Part shown: positions 25,841-40,399 of the stretch, piece by piece
How the letters are laid out: every line of letters starts with the position of its first letter
Position numbering within the stretch: position 1 is the stretch's first letter
DNA from: the human T2T-CHM13v2.0 reference genome, Homo sapiens
Strand: one strand, 5' to 3'
Length of the DNA: 64,000 nucleotides
NCBI RefSeq assembly: GCF_009914755.1
Contig: NC_060930.1
Notes under the pieces: generated by a model
What the model saw: only the letters and a program-made list of their open reading frames with translations
What the model was told of the DNA's origin: nothing
The model's database searches: none
Translations under genes and position numbers: made by a program

Positions 25841-27079
25841 CAGTATCAGGCATTTTTTTTTTCTCCTTTTTCTTTCGCTGGAAGCTGGGTAGTTAAATGT
25901 AGTGGCAAGAACAGTACTTAATTAAAAATTTTGTAAAAGGCACCTAATACTACTGTACCAAGGGTCTCTTCATACTGTCACCTCTGTCATGACATACTTC
26001 ATAAACCCATAATCACGTTATAGACCACAAGCAGAATTTAGGCTAGTAGAATATGGGATTCTTTAAGATCATTTTATGAAGGAGTTTCCTTTTCTCTTTT
26101 TCAAATTCACAGCATTGAGAGCTATTTGAGATAATGGATGTAATTGATTATTATTGAAGGCAAGTCTTGGACAGGTACTAGACGTAAGTGGCCCAAATGT
26201 TGTTACGGCTCTGAATAACCCTACATTAAAATTCCACATGGGTTGGAGTGGCATCTGTTTCTGTCTTCAGTAAAGAGAAGAACACCACAAATTCATCATG
26301 GCAACAAATTGTCCTCGTTTCCTAAAGAGCAAAGTGAATGCTTATAAATAACAAAACAATGTTAATGTTTTTCCTACCTTAAATAATAGCAGGGTTGGTT
26401 TGAATTGGTGGCTGAAAAGGAAGAGACAGAACACCTGTTTTTAAGAGTCCAACATTTATATGCTAACACATATCAAAAAAGTGAGGCTGTGAGCATACAG
26501 AAACTGATGCCCAGAGAAAATTCTTAAAACACTTGGACATTTTGAGGCTGTGTCAGTGCCAGGCTAGGTACTAAATAGCAACAATCATCTAGCATTGTAC
26601 ATGCTCAGGGCTCAAACCACCCAGCCCATCTGGTTTAGCTTGCTTGGACTGTTTAACTTTTATTTTAAACGTAGTGTTCAGAAACTACTTTGAGGTGGGA
26701 GAATGCTCTAAGGAAAAACCACTACGTTTTACAGCTCAAAGCAAATACATCACAGTGACTGAAGAAGGGGTGATTGTTTATAATGTTTCTTATCTTTTTT
26801 CCTCTCTCTTCCTCATGTTCATTCTTATCTCCCTTCACCACAGAGATACTTTGCACTTAGTGATTATCTCATTTCTCTCCTTATTCTTAAGTCTGAAATA
26901 AATCCAGGTCTATACAGTAAGATTCTACCATCATGTATTCCTTTTTCTTTCTTCCTCAAATTATTTCCCTTATTAAACATTATTTTGCTTACTTGGTAAA
27001 TTAGGGTTGAAGTCTTAGTAATGTATTTTGGTAACACATAGCCAGATAATGCAAATCCTATGTAAAAGTAGAGCACTTT

Positions 27080-27468
<389 letters not shown>

Positions 27469-27576
27469 TCATTAAGTAGCATAATAGGACACTTGAACAA
27501 TATAACTGACATAGACAGAAAATATAAGAAAAGTAGAATGAGAGTAAACTCAGCGTCAACAAGTGCTTGAAGAATG

Positions 27577-27620
27577 ATAGACTAGGCAGATATTAGACTA
27601 GGCAGATATAGACTAGGCAG
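27577..27620. repeat. About 16-bp tandem triplication (tagactaggcagata)
   Basis: Read directly from the sequence. Confidence 0.85.
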
Positions 27621-28075
27621 GGGATACAGAAATGTATGAATGGAGGCACCTTTCCTCAGGCAACTGGTCTAATGCTCAATAATTGCAATAACAAGATTTA
27701 GATAATGTGCCACCGATTATATGTGCTAGCAGGGGAGAGGTAAACTACTAGTAACTGACTAAATAGGAAATGCTTCACAGGTGAGTAGAACTTGGTAGAT
27801 GTAACTAAAGGAAGGGTTCAGGGCTTAACAGCAGTGGTATGTGAAGGAGAGGCATTCTAAGATAGACATGAGAAATGCAGGAATTTTTGCCCTGGGAAAG
27901 AAGTATTCCTGGATCCAGGTTTGACTAGGGCAGGGTATAGTGAGAGTGACACTTTAGGAAGATGAAGGAAGACAATTTGATGTTTTGGCTCTCTCAGGGA
28001 GTGGAAATGGGTCAAATAACAAGGGACTGTATTAGGATAGTGGTCATAAAATGAGTTAAGAAAGTACATTCTTTT

Positions 28076-28372
<297 letters not shown>

Positions 28373-28639
28373 AAGAAAGTACATTATTTTAATAAAAAAG
28401 TTGAGGGAACTAAATGACTAATTAAATATGATGATTAATTTCCAAATCAGTATTTTATAATAGGAAAAACTCATCTATGGTTGATATTTTTTATTTTGTT
28501 TGGAAAGCACCAAATCTCCCATTTTTTTTTTTTCTGGAAAAATGAGACCATTTCAAGGGTTCTGTGATTTTAAAACAATTTTTATAACAACACAAAAGTT
28601 TTCTGAGTTTATTATTATTATTTTTAAATGAACTGATAA

Positions 28640-28809
28640 CAATTTTTAAATATTATCAGTCTCAATTTCAAATATGGCAAATAATGACAGATATCTATCT
28701 ATTTACTATCTATCTATCTACCTATCATTCCACTTAAAAGCTCTTTGGAGTTCTCAGTAATTTTTAAGAGTATAAAGGGATACTGAGACCATTAGTACGA
28801 GAACTCCTG
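28640..28809 (+). mobile_element. hAT-Charlie1-like terminal fragment
   Basis: aaaagctctttggagttctcagtaatttttaagagtataaagggatactgagacc...gagaactcctg. Confidence 0.6.
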
Positions 28810-29391
28810 ATGTTTTACAAAGTATTAGTGTAGTCTTACCCATTAATATGGAAAAGTAGAGATAAGCACTTTGATCAATGCATATCTCTCATGATCAATG
28901 AAGTCCAACAAAGGACAGTACAAACTATGAGAGATCCTAGTGATAAAATGGAATCATTTTTTAATTGAACTGCATGAGGAAGCTCTCACACTCCAGCATC
29001 CACCAATTTTAAGCATGCTTATTTTACATTGCATTAGTTACAAGCCATTTAGTAGAGGGTCTTCCTTTTCCCCTTCTCCATGTTGTTACATTCAGATTTC
29101 AGGATGTCCACTGAAAAAAATTCTAGTTTGATAATTATAGCTGACACAGGAATTAGTCCAGGCCACATAACTTGCTGTACATTTTGCCTTAATCCTCTAG
29201 TGAGCAAAAGTAGAATGCATGTATCAAAATATCACATGTATCTCATAACTACGTATAATTATTATATATCAATAAAACTAAGAGACTGTAAAAAAATTTT
29301 CACCTTCCACAAAGTAGGTAATAATATGATATTGACAAATAATATATTTAAATAGGAATTGTGTATAATACCCATATCACAATAGAAATAC

Positions 29392-29570
29392 GATATTTAA
29401 TATAAATATGTATGGCTATGGTATTTAATTTATATGGTATTTAATATAATATGTGGTATTTAATTTATATGGTATGTAATTTATTTGGTATTTAATATAA
29501 TATATGGTATATAATTTATATGGTATTTAATTTAATTTAATTTATATGGTATTTAATATAATATGTATGG
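29392..29570. repeat. AT-rich tandem repeat (tatggtatttaatttata / tatggtatttaatataata)
   Basis: About 8 imperfect 17-21-bp units. Confidence 0.9.
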
Positions 29571-30019
29571 CTCTTATCCATGCAGGAAATTCATCTGCAG
29601 CCAATTAGCTGGGAATATTCAGGAGGAACATGCATAGGAATGGAAACTAAATTTCTTCATATGCCTTACAACATAGTTGTTTCAGGGCAGAATGCTTTAG
29701 AAATCAGATTCATGTAGATTACCCAGCAGAATGAAATATTTCTCTAATTCATTGTAAACCAACAGTGCTCTGAAAAAGGAGTGCTGGTAGGGGTAGGGCA
29801 GGCGGTGGAGAAGGCAGTAACCAGTATCAGTCTCCACAAAGCTGCTAGGTTCTGGGATCCTCCCCGAGAAGCTAGGTTCTGTCTCCCATCAAATATAGGT
29901 TTAGTTGTACGTCGTCCTGTGTCTCTATGTGATTTTGAAAGAACTTCCCACTGATTAGTGTCCAGCTTCCTCCACCTTAAGATTATTTTGGGCACTCAAA
30001 TGAACAGTCAACAAAGTAA

Positions 30020-30335
30020 CAGGGTCAAAGTTTAAAGGTCATGAAAGACAAAGGCTGAAGAATTCCAGATTAAGGGGACTGAAGAGACATGAGAAGTAAA
30101 TGTAATGTTTGGTCTGGGATTGAATACTGGATCAGAGGAAGGACATTAGCGTAATGCCAATTGGCAAAAGTGTAAATAAGGTCTGTAGATTTGGTGATAG
30201 TACAGTACCAATGTTAATTTTCTGATTTTGAATTTTGTACTGTGGAGAATCTGGGAGAAGGGAATGTGAAAATTATTTGTACTATTTCATAACATTTTTT
30301 ATGTCTGAAATCATTTAGAAATTAAAATTAATGAT
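30020..30335 (+). mobile_element. L1ME-type 3' UTR fragment
   Basis: ggtcatgaaagacaaaggctgaagaattccagattaaggggactgaagagacatga...accaatgttaattttctgatttt. Confidence 0.65.
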
Positions 30336-30399
30336 AAAAAATTATAGATAAAAATGTTACAATTGTGAAGGTGCTTACTATTAAAATTATATTTCACTA

Positions 30400-30640
30400 T
30401 GGGTAGTGATTGAGAATATAGGTTGGGGCATCAGAATTCAGGGGTTTGAATCCCAGCTCCATTACGTAGTAGTAGTATAAATTTCAAATTATACTACTAA
30501 TTAATCTCTAGGTACTTCAGTTTTCTCATCTGTAAAATGGAGAAAACAGTGCTTTCTACCTTTCAGTGTGGTTGTGAATATTGAATGAATGAATGTACGT
30601 AACGTGCTTGGAAAAGTGCCAGGTTCCATAAATGTTTGTG
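30400..30640 (+). mobile_element. MIR SINE
   Basis: gggtttgaatcccagctccattac...cttcagttttctcatctgtaaaatggag. Confidence 0.85.
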
Positions 30641-33057
30641 AGAATTATGAAAATTATTTGTATGGTTACAGCTGTTATGTATGGAATAATATTAGAATGA
30701 AATACAATACTGTAAATTCTATCTCTAGGTGAGATACTAAATGTAAAGCCAACTATTTGTCAGCTATGCAGAAGCTTAGACAAATTATTGGTCAAGAAAG
30801 AAGCAAGTAGATGCAATGTTTGAATGTTTGACATTGCCCCAGGAGGGCACGTGAGTAGACACAATTAGAAGGTCAGGGAAACCTGTTAATGAGACATTTT
30901 TAGGAGATTTGAACTCCTGGCAAGCTAAGTCCCTATTAGCTAAAGATAGAGTGTATCTGAGAAATAATGTGATGTAGAAGAAATGACTTTCTATTCAGCA
31001 TATAGGCCCAAGAAAAGTTTAAATTTTATTTCTTGAAAATGTTAGTTTTCACATGTGAATCCATTATAAACCATTGCAGTGCAGCATGAAGAGGGGAGAA
31101 TGTAGTTAAGATTAGCATTAGAAACCTAGTATTCCAACAGAGCAAGGCCTGCAGGAATGGGAGAAGAGTTTCAAACAATGTAAGTTATTACCTATAGAAT
31201 GATATGTTGTGGAAAAATTGGACTTTGTATCATAAAATCTAGTTGGTCTGATGCAGTGTAGCTCAATGTACACAACTTCTACCCTGTAAATTTGCGATTA
31301 AGCCCAGCTGTGGTATCTTGGACTCACCAAATTTTATATTTTCCAATTTTGTTCATTCTATGAACTCAGAACTTCTCTAAGAAACTCTGAAATGAAGCAT
31401 TAGGCTATGAAATTAATATAATGAAGACTTGATTTTGACAAAGTATAAGATTATATCATTGCAACTGAATAGATTTCTGACTTTATTTCTTAATTTCAGA
31501 CTATCATCCTCATCTATTTTTCAAAGATAGTTGAGACTAATCATGACTGTCTTCATCAGGGTCCAACCAGGAAACAGGAATTGCTAAATATTACAAACAG
31601 AGGAAAGAATCTCAAGACATCACTCTACTTCTAGGGGCAGAGGGACACAGAGAGAAGGTGGTATTAGCAGAACCCAGGACTAAGGATTTTCTCTTGTAAT
31701 AAACGACACAGGACCATCAAGGTAGGTGGTATCTGGCAGGGAGCTAGAATCATGTAAAATGGTGCTTGATGAATGGAAAAAAGATGGAGAAACACTCTAT
31801 TTCTCTTCCCCTTCTACCCTTAGTCTTCCACCATTGTCTCTGGTGGCCAAACATGGCAGAAAGCCAGTTAGTGAGGGAACCTGGAAAACTTAGTTTGCAG
31901 GTAAAGGGCAGGAACAGATCTGTGTGCAAACAGGCAATGACCACCATAATGCCTCTGTCCATGCCTAAAACAGAGATGGAAACCGAGTCTCTGCTCTGGA
32001 ACAGGCAGTGTTCAGGAGAAGCTTTTCCATCTAGATGCTATTTCTTTAATTTTTCAGAGCAAGTCTGTGAAGTTGTTATTATTATTTCAATTTTGTAGAT
32101 GAGGAGACAGAATCTTGAAGGAGTTCTGGTCTCTGTTTAAAGTTTCAGAGCCAGAAAGGAACAGAGGCCACCTGGTTCTACACATACTCATTTTTCTTTT
32201 TTCTGTGTCTGTTCAACACTTGAAAGCTTGCTTGATATTATGCTGAGACTGTAGAGTTTAAAACTCTGGAGCTAAAAGAGACAACAGAATTCATCCAATC
32301 TGACTTTAAAGATGCAGAAACTGAGGACTGGAAAGCTTTGCTTAACACATATCTTGACCAGAATAGGAACTATAACTTAAAGTTTCCGTAAGACACTGAG
32401 TAATTACATCAATATTTAACATGAATGGCATCTGTCTTCTTGTTCTCTACTCAGTCATTGAGGATCTCAGTGGGGAATGGGATGAAGAGCTCAGGTGGAA
32501 GGGATTTGCCTTGAAGAGGAGGATGCCTGTCGTGCATGTTCTACTCTATTTTTTTATGAAGTACGGATCTATGCTATCCACAGGGTTGAGAGGGAAGGAA
32601 GACATTAGGAGCATGCTATAAGTTTGGACTGTCTGCTGAGAGAATGGAAAGTGAATGTGCCTAGGAATGAATACAATGAAGTGAATACATAGTGGAGCAT
32701 TGAAGACTCACCTGGGCGTGAATGGAAGCAATGTGAGATGGTACTAATCAGCAAGACTATTTTTTTTTCAGTAGTGCTCATGGTTCTGGAGAAGAAATAG
32801 AAAAGTGAGTCCTTAAACTGATCCCACATTGTAGAAGGGTCTGGCAAGCGAGGCCTACTGGTTAGAGAGCAAGCAAACCGAGAGCTTTCATAACACAGGC
32901 AAGAGGGAATCGATGGATCCTGGGAAGGATAGTATCACAGGATAAAGGAAGGACTCCATGAAGTTTAAATTTAGAGTTAATGAGAGAAAAATATTGGAAG
33001 GAATGAATGGACAGAAAGTTCTGATCAGAAAATGTGATTTCTAAGCTTGAGCTTTCA

Positions 33058-33350
33058 GGACCATGTGGTTCAATACAATAGCCACTAGTCACATATGGCT
33101 ACTCCAAACTGGGATGAGCTGTAAGTGTAAAATATAGCCCAGATTTTGAAAACTTAGAATGAAAAAAAGAATGCAAAATGTGTTACTATTTTAAATATTT
33201 ATTCCATATTGAAATGATAATATATGGGATATATTGGGCTAAATAAAATGTTATTAAAATTAATTTCACCTGCTGCTTTTTAAAATGTGGCTACTGGAAA
33301 AGTTAAAATTATACATGAGGCTTGCATTACACTTATATTGGATAGCACTG
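33058..33350 (+). mobile_element. MER33-like hAT-Charlie MITE
   Basis: tagccactagtcacatatggctac...aaatgtggctactggaaaagttaaaattatacatg...ttggatagcactg. Confidence 0.75.
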
Positions 33351-33380
33351 TTTTAGCAGTTGTATAGTTACAAATCAAAA

Positions 33381-36300
33381 CAGAGCTTTTCAAAATGTGA
33401 TCTTCAATCATTTAATTGATATTTAGGGCATAAACGACCAATATTTTAAAATAGCTAGAAAAATTATCATGGTATAAAAATTAAAGAGTAAACAACATTT
33501 TAATATGTGTTAATGAAAGTGATCATGGCTTAATTTAAGAGGAAGAAATTTTCCTAGTTTTTCACTGAATTCATGATACAAAACTCATTTGCAGATAGAT
33601 TAATACATTGATTAGGAAACACATTCAATAGTTTTCTATTCTTAGTCTTTATATATTTGTATTAAATTAGTCATGAGTTGGCAATATGGAAATAATTAGT
33701 TGGTGACTGTCAAATAGTGCTGAATAATCAGCTTGTCCCGAAACTCAGGGAGATTTCTGTTTAAAACCACTTCCAGTGTTGTTGACAAACATTTCCCACT
33801 CAAAGTAGAAGTCAAAAGATAAATGCAAATGGATTTCTAATCCATTTTTTAGTCGCAATTATCTCTAGAAATTTTATTGCCTTTTTATAGAATTTGAATG
33901 TGGTTTTAAAATAAAACTCTTACATAGAGTGTCAAAAGATCTTTGGCAAGGGTGCCAATAGGGAGAGGTTAGTCTCTTCAATAAAAGTGCTGGAAAACCT
34001 GGATAATACATGTGTAAAAGAATAAAGCTGAACCATTATTTTATACCATATACAACAATTAAAATGGATTAAAGATCTAAACACAAGACCTGAAACTATG
34101 CAACTCCTGGAAGAAAACATAGTGGAAAAACTTCATGACATGAGATTTGACAATGATTTCTTGGACATGAAACCAAAAGCACAGACAACAAAAGCAAAAA
34201 TAGAGAGATGGGACCACACGCAACTTAAAAAACTTCTGTAGATTAAAAGAAACAGTCAACAGAGTAAGATGGCAACCTACAGGATGGGAGAAAATATTTA
34301 GAAAACACACATGTGATATGGGCTTGGGTTAGTATCTAGAATATATAAAGAACTACAACTCAACAAAAAAATCTAACATCCAGTTGAAAAAATGGGCAAA
34401 GGACTTGAATAGACGTTTTATCCAATAAAATGTACAAACTGCTTGCAAACATATGAAAAGATACTCAACATCAAAAAACACTAGGAAAATGCACATTGAG
34501 ATGTCACTTCGCACTCATCAGGATGGCTAATTAAAAAAAAAACAAAATAAGTGTTGGCTAGGATGTGGCAAATTGGAACTTGTACACTGTTGGTGGGAAG
34601 GCAAAATTGTGCAATCCCTATAAAAACAGCATAAAAGCTGCTCAAAAAATTAAAAATCGAATTATCATATTTTCCAAAAGAAATGAAAACAGGTTTTCAA
34701 GGAAATATTTGCACACCCATTTTTATTGCAGATTAACAATAGCTAACAAGTGAAAGCAACACAAATGTTCATTGACAGGTGAACAGATAAAGAAAATGTG
34801 GTCTATACATAAAATGGAATATTATTCTGCCTTAAAAAGGAGAAAATCCTGTTACATGCTACAACATAGATGAACCTTAAGGACATTGTATAAGTAAAAT
34901 AAGACAGTAAAAAAAGACAAGTATTGTATAATTTCACTTATATGACATTTGTAAAATATTCAAACTCACAGAAACATAAAGGTCATTGCCGGGGGCTGAA
35001 AGGAGGACAAACTAGGGAGGTGTTTCATGGGTATAGAGTTTCAGTTTTGCAAAAGAAAACGTTCTGGTGATCTGTTTCACCATAATGTAAATAAAGTTAA
35101 CAATACTGCACTGTACACTTTAATCTGGATAAGTTGGTAAATTTATTTTTTGTGAATGGTGAATTTTTATGTTTCTTATCACAACTGAAAAAAAAACCTT
35201 GAAAATATAGTATCAGTTGCTTCAACAAGTGAAACAAATTGTGAAGGGTTGGAGAAGCATGAAACTTTCAGCAATTGACCTATTAATAAAACAATTCCAT
35301 CTTTGCAAGAAATTCTCACAATTTTTTCAAAATATTCCCAAGATTAAAGCATGGAATGTTTTATATTCAAGTGATAAATGCAGGTTAGTCAAGATAAAGT
35401 ATTTAAGAAAGCTACTTGAGATAGCTATACACAGAATTAGGTCATTAAGAAGTGTTTATATCTTTGTTGATATTTTTGAAATCAACACCCAGTGAACTTT
35501 TAATAGTTACTGGCCTTCGGATATCTCCTTAAAGTATTGAAAAAGCATATGCCCAGTGGTCCTATTAATTATGTTCATATAGTTTTATGTTTCTTTCAAT
35601 ACTGAGTATACATCAGGCAATATTTTGCTCATTATCAACAGTTCTCTGTGAATGAAGATGTGTATTGATTGACATGAAAGTGCAATTAGTTTTATTTGTG
35701 TAGTAACATATTCTGTTGCTCTATACATAGTTGAAAATTTGTCAGTATTGATCTAAATGAACTTTGCTAGTCAATACCTTGCTTACAAAGTAATCATTAG
35801 GTACCAAATTACAGCTCCCTTGGTGCAAATTTTCAGAGGTAAACAGAACAAATAATCACCTAGTACTCATTCCTCATGTAAATCTCACACATACTGGGAC
35901 CTAATTCATGCTCTACATGTTAGACGCTTGTAGAACTATAAAGCAAAATATCTGTTAGCACACAAATATAACAGCAGTTGCTCTTCTAAATTACACAACA
36001 TTGATATTATGCAAAATACACTGGTGTATTTTGTGTGCAACTCGTTTTGCTTTCTTTCCAACACATATGCGTATTTTAAATTAACTTTGCTGGTTGTTAT
36101 ATAAACTTCTCAGCAATGGTATGCCTTATACCTTTTTGCGCCCTGAGGCTTATAACTGAATGCTGCCTCTTTTGTTTCAGTTTCTTCTCTGCTTTTGGCA
36201 AGCAAACTCATTAATTCTATACTGGAAAACATTATTTCGTCTTCATTTTGGAAAAACTCAATTGGTTTACCAGAGAAGTCCCTGTGATTTTTTGTAAATG

Positions 36301-36700
36301 ATGTAAAAGGTTTTATGACTTGATACCAGTATTTGATATACTTTCAATAGAAACTGCAGATATAAATCCATCACTAGTTCAATAAAATTCAATATTCTGA
36401 TTCTCATTATTATGCAGCCTATTTTCATTTTATCCTCCTCTGTTTATGCAAGTGATTGCACTTGCAGAGTCACTTGTCCTGGAGTTTGGTTCACTATTTA
36501 TGACTTTCCTGATTTTAGTAATTTATTGATTATTTTGCCACCTTTATGCTTCAATAAACAATATTGGAGCCATTGATCTATTTTTTCCTGAATTTGCAAT
36601 ATGCTATAGAGTAATAACTGCAAATGAAAACAGATAAATGCTGAAACAATATATTGTTATGCTGAGATAATTCTAAAACTGAATGTTAGATAAAATGTAT
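33381..36700 (-). mobile_element. Near full-length Charlie/SPIN-type hAT transposase fossil, split by an L1M
   Basis: Minus-strand motifs in correct order: KPIEFF (36251-36268), TIAEK, CQSIHIFIHRELL (about 35636-35674), WIRNPF (33827-33844), IKTKNRKLLNV (about 33620-33655); TIR-like cagagcttttcaaaatgtg at 33381. Confidence 0.8.
33920..35195 (+). mobile_element. L1MB-type LINE-1, ORF2 3' end and 3' UTR
   Basis: gatctttggcaagggtgccaa...aaatgggcaaaggacttgaatagac...aatggaatattattctgccttaaaaagg...gggtatagagtttcagttttgc, then A tail. Confidence 0.9.
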
Positions 36701-38019
36701 ATTGACTGTTTAAGTTGTTGTTGTGTTATGGGTAAACTTCAAGCATGTGATTAAGAACTTAATACAATTTCCGGCACTTCTCATTCTTCAGCTCTGACGT
36801 TTCACATTTCTGAAGGGTTTTGCCCCTAGCACCATATTTACTCTCTTTTTCCCAGCCCTCAAACATTTACTTATAGACTTACTTATTCATTACTTGCTTA
36901 CAGATGAGTTTCACCACAGGAAAAGATTATTGGGGCACAGGTTAGTATTATACTAATATGTCTGCGCAAGGTGGGGGCATTGACATGCCCCAAAATGTTG
37001 GCAATAGAGTCTTACAAGTCAAGGGCAAGAGTCTTCAGTGAATGTGGGGAGTTATATGGAGATTGGAAGATGGCAGAAATGAGGGTGGAAAGAGGTTAGT
37101 ATAGCCAAATAGAACATGGTGCTATGAAGAGAACCTCATTTGGGGGTTCAAATTCCCACTCCACCTCAAAAACTAGGTTAATTATTTAACCTGTTTGAAA
37201 CTTGCTTGGGGTGTTGTGTGTATAAAACCACTGCTTTTTGGAGTGGACTTAAGAATTATGGAAAATAAAACAATGTCTTGAGACAATGCCTGTCGTGTTA
37301 TTATCTGCTTATAATGAGTGAGCACATAAATAAAGATGAATCCTACAGTCTCAAACATGAGTGAAAGAACAATTGTTGAAAATGTTGGTGGGAACTTGGG
37401 AGTGTTATGACCCTTGAAATGCAAGGAGAAGGAAGACAAACAACCTCTATTTCAGAGGAAAAGGATCATTAGGATATACTGGAGAGATTATTCTATGAAG
37501 ACACTAAGTTTGTAGTAAAATCTACTGACAGTTGAATGGAGGTTCCTTTGGATTCACTGGAACTAATTTTTAAGGAGGCAGACAAAGGGAGGATGAGGAA
37601 GGGAAGGGGTTGAAATGAATTTGGATAAGGCTTTGCTGGTCCGAAGGGGCTTAGTGTTGGCTGAAGTGGCTTGGCTTGATTATGAAGTGTGGGAAGCAGC
37701 ATTTAGGTAGTAGAAATGTGGGCTCCTTTAGGACTTCAATAGAATTTGGGAACACTATATATATATATAACTTCTACAGTGTTTTAATCCCAGCTATACA
37801 TGAAGGGCTTAGAGTTATACTTGGTTAATTCAACTTTGGATTTCAGTTTCTGGCCTCTACTGGCTTTCAAGGAGCAGTACTGATGGGACACCAAAAGGAT
37901 GGCACTCTGGGTTTTTAGAGGGTTCCCAAGAAGAGTGATGAGTATGGCAAGTGAGTCCTTTGCACTTCAGTTCTTCCTATTTGGACAAAGTGGGCTCTAC
38001 TCAATGCTGTCTGGTATAA

Positions 38020-38225
38020 AGTAGTCAGTAGAGGAAGTTGAAAGATCATGAATTGCATATTTAGACAGGACTAGGCTTGAATACAAGCTTTTTCAGTGGT
38101 GTAAATTTGAGGAAATTACCTAGATGTCCAGAGATTCTCTTTTCTCATTTGTAAAATGGGGATAATAATGAAAGCATTTGCAGGTATTTGTGAGTGTTAA
38201 GTCAGATAATATGAGCATGCTGCTT
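38020..38225 (+). mobile_element. MIR SINE, followed by an L2 3' end (minus) at about 38310-38445
   Basis: ttctcatttgtaaaatgggataataatg core; ttcattcagtagtcaacaaatatgtattgagcatctgctat L2 tail. Confidence 0.7.
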
Positions 38226-39307
38226 GTTATATCGGAGATGATGAATGAAGATTCATTTCTTTCCTGTGCATTTACAAATTGTCTCTCCCAATTTTGAAAA
38301 CGGTTTGTTTTATTCATTCAGTAGTCAACAAATATGTATTGAGCATCTGCTATATGTAGGTTTTGTGGTGGTTGCTGAGAAACTTCACACTATTATGTGG
38401 AAAAGGTAAACATAGCCACTACCTTCATAGAATTTATAGACTAGTATATATTATGAACCAGATTTTTAATTGTTAAAACCATCAGGCAATGGTGTAAGTT
38501 TAATTCTTGTGCAATCAAGCCCACATTTTGGGCATTTCTACTCAATGCTAATTTGCACTATAATCTGACCTCCAATGAAAGGGTTTTTCCTTAGTAGTAA
38601 TATGTTGATTTCTAGAGCATTGAGGAGAGTTAGCTCTCCATCTGTCACCTCTTCTTGGTGTCACTTTGTTTTAATCTTCACATTGTCATTTATAATGGGA
38701 TAAAATATTAATAATGATTTAATTTAAATGAGATAAGTAATGTTATCAGTTAGCTTTTATACAGTCTTATTCCTTACGTGTAATATTCTGCCTTGTGACA
38801 CATGAAACACTGTTGTCGTGATTGTGAATAAAGTTTCACATTTAACACTATAAGAAACCACATCTATCTGCCTTTTAAGCTAAGAGAAGGACATAAAAGG
38901 TTTTTTTTCTCCCATATAAACTTGACTCTCAGGTATAAAGATATGGAAAATCCATGCAAAATTCTATTCTAGTCACCTCATGCTATTCTATTGTGAAGGC
39001 AGAGGACAATGTATGCAACAGGATGAATTCAATATTTTTATACATCCAAAATGGATATTGTAAGATAAATATATATTCCCAGGCAAAATGATCTTTAATC
39101 ATTGCTTCAGTACATCACAAGAGGATCTCAGGTCTCTCACAATATATACTCTGATATAGATCATGTCACAGTTTTACACAAAACACTTATTCAGCATAAA
39201 CTGGCCTTGCAGAAGCTACACTGCCCTTCCCCCTCCATTTCCACTTTCCGTGCTCCCTTCCTCCCTTGGGAAGATGCACGCTTGTTCCATTTGCACGCAG
39301 CACCAGC

Positions 39308-39321
39308 GTTGCCATGGAAAC
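39308..39321. promoter_or_regulatory. RFX X-box palindrome
   Basis: GTTGCCATGGAAAC matches GTTNCCATGGNAAC, in a locally CpG-containing, repeat-free stretch. Confidence 0.6.
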
Positions 39322-40399
39322 TCGCCTCCTTTTCTTCCCCCTCCCCAGTTACCAAGCTCAGCTTCTGGACTCAGTGCCAAGACCTCCTCTGTACAACCTC
39401 AATATTCTTTCAATGTTTAGACAAATCTGTTGGAAAATGTTGTTTACATTTTTTTCACAGTGCTATAGCTGCGTGTTTTGTGCAATACATTTCCCATGGA
39501 TCCACCTATGTTCTAAGAGAGATTCCTTTTCCCCCTTCTTTTCAATAACTTTAAAAAATATTTTATTATTTGGTTTGATTTCTAATGGAGCATGAAAGGT
39601 AACTCAAGATCACAAAAATTCCATCCTGTGGTCAATTCCATCAAGTCCTGAATTTAATACTTTATGTGTCTGGGTTTTGTACTTTTACAGAGGATTTCTG
39701 TTTTGCAAAATTTGTAGCATGATGCCTGTTTTTTTAAAAACCCTAAACACTTATTAAATTAGTTTTCATACCTTAGAAGTTCATTAAAGTGCATATGTGG
39801 ACCTTACGTTATTCCAGCAGTTATTATTCTGATGTTTAAATGATATGTTTGCGTCCTCCATTATTTGAAGTTACAGTGAGATGCCTTACATAGCAAATTT
39901 TATGCAGACTTGTAAAGTATTGTATGGAGTTGAATTAGTCATTCTAACACTCATGTGTGCTGGCACAAAAAGTTCTGTTGGTGAAATGACTGTCCCTTCC
40001 CCCACCTGTAAAATGTCAAATTTTCTTATAAATTTCTTAAACATTATAAAGTAGGCTTAGCAAAGTATTTATTTATTTAACTTTTTTATTATAAATAAAT
40101 CATATAAGCCAGCCTGGCGTCTCACTATGCTGATGGCGTGTTTCTTCACTGTAAACATTTATATTTAAAAATGTAAAAAGACGACTTCTATTTGGAAAAA
40201 AACTACCTGTGATAAACAGAAGAGGGAGCAATATTTCTTCCTTTTCTTGGACACAGAATGTGGTGGTGGTGTTTTTCTAATTACCATTTCACCTTTTTTT
40301 TCTAAATGGAAACCTCCTCTGTTATAATCTCTGCTGTTGATTTTCTTTTCCTTTCTTTCAATTTTTTACGGGAGGAGGGGTGTCTAGTGATGGTAGTAG

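Noticed and set aside
29392-29570. CRISPR-like array (also 16986-17160)
   Set aside because: No unique spacers, eukaryotic context, no cas genes.
39102-39595. Three overlapping ORFs up to 148 aa
   Set aside because: No domain or splice structure; better explained as pyrimidine-rich regulatory DNA.
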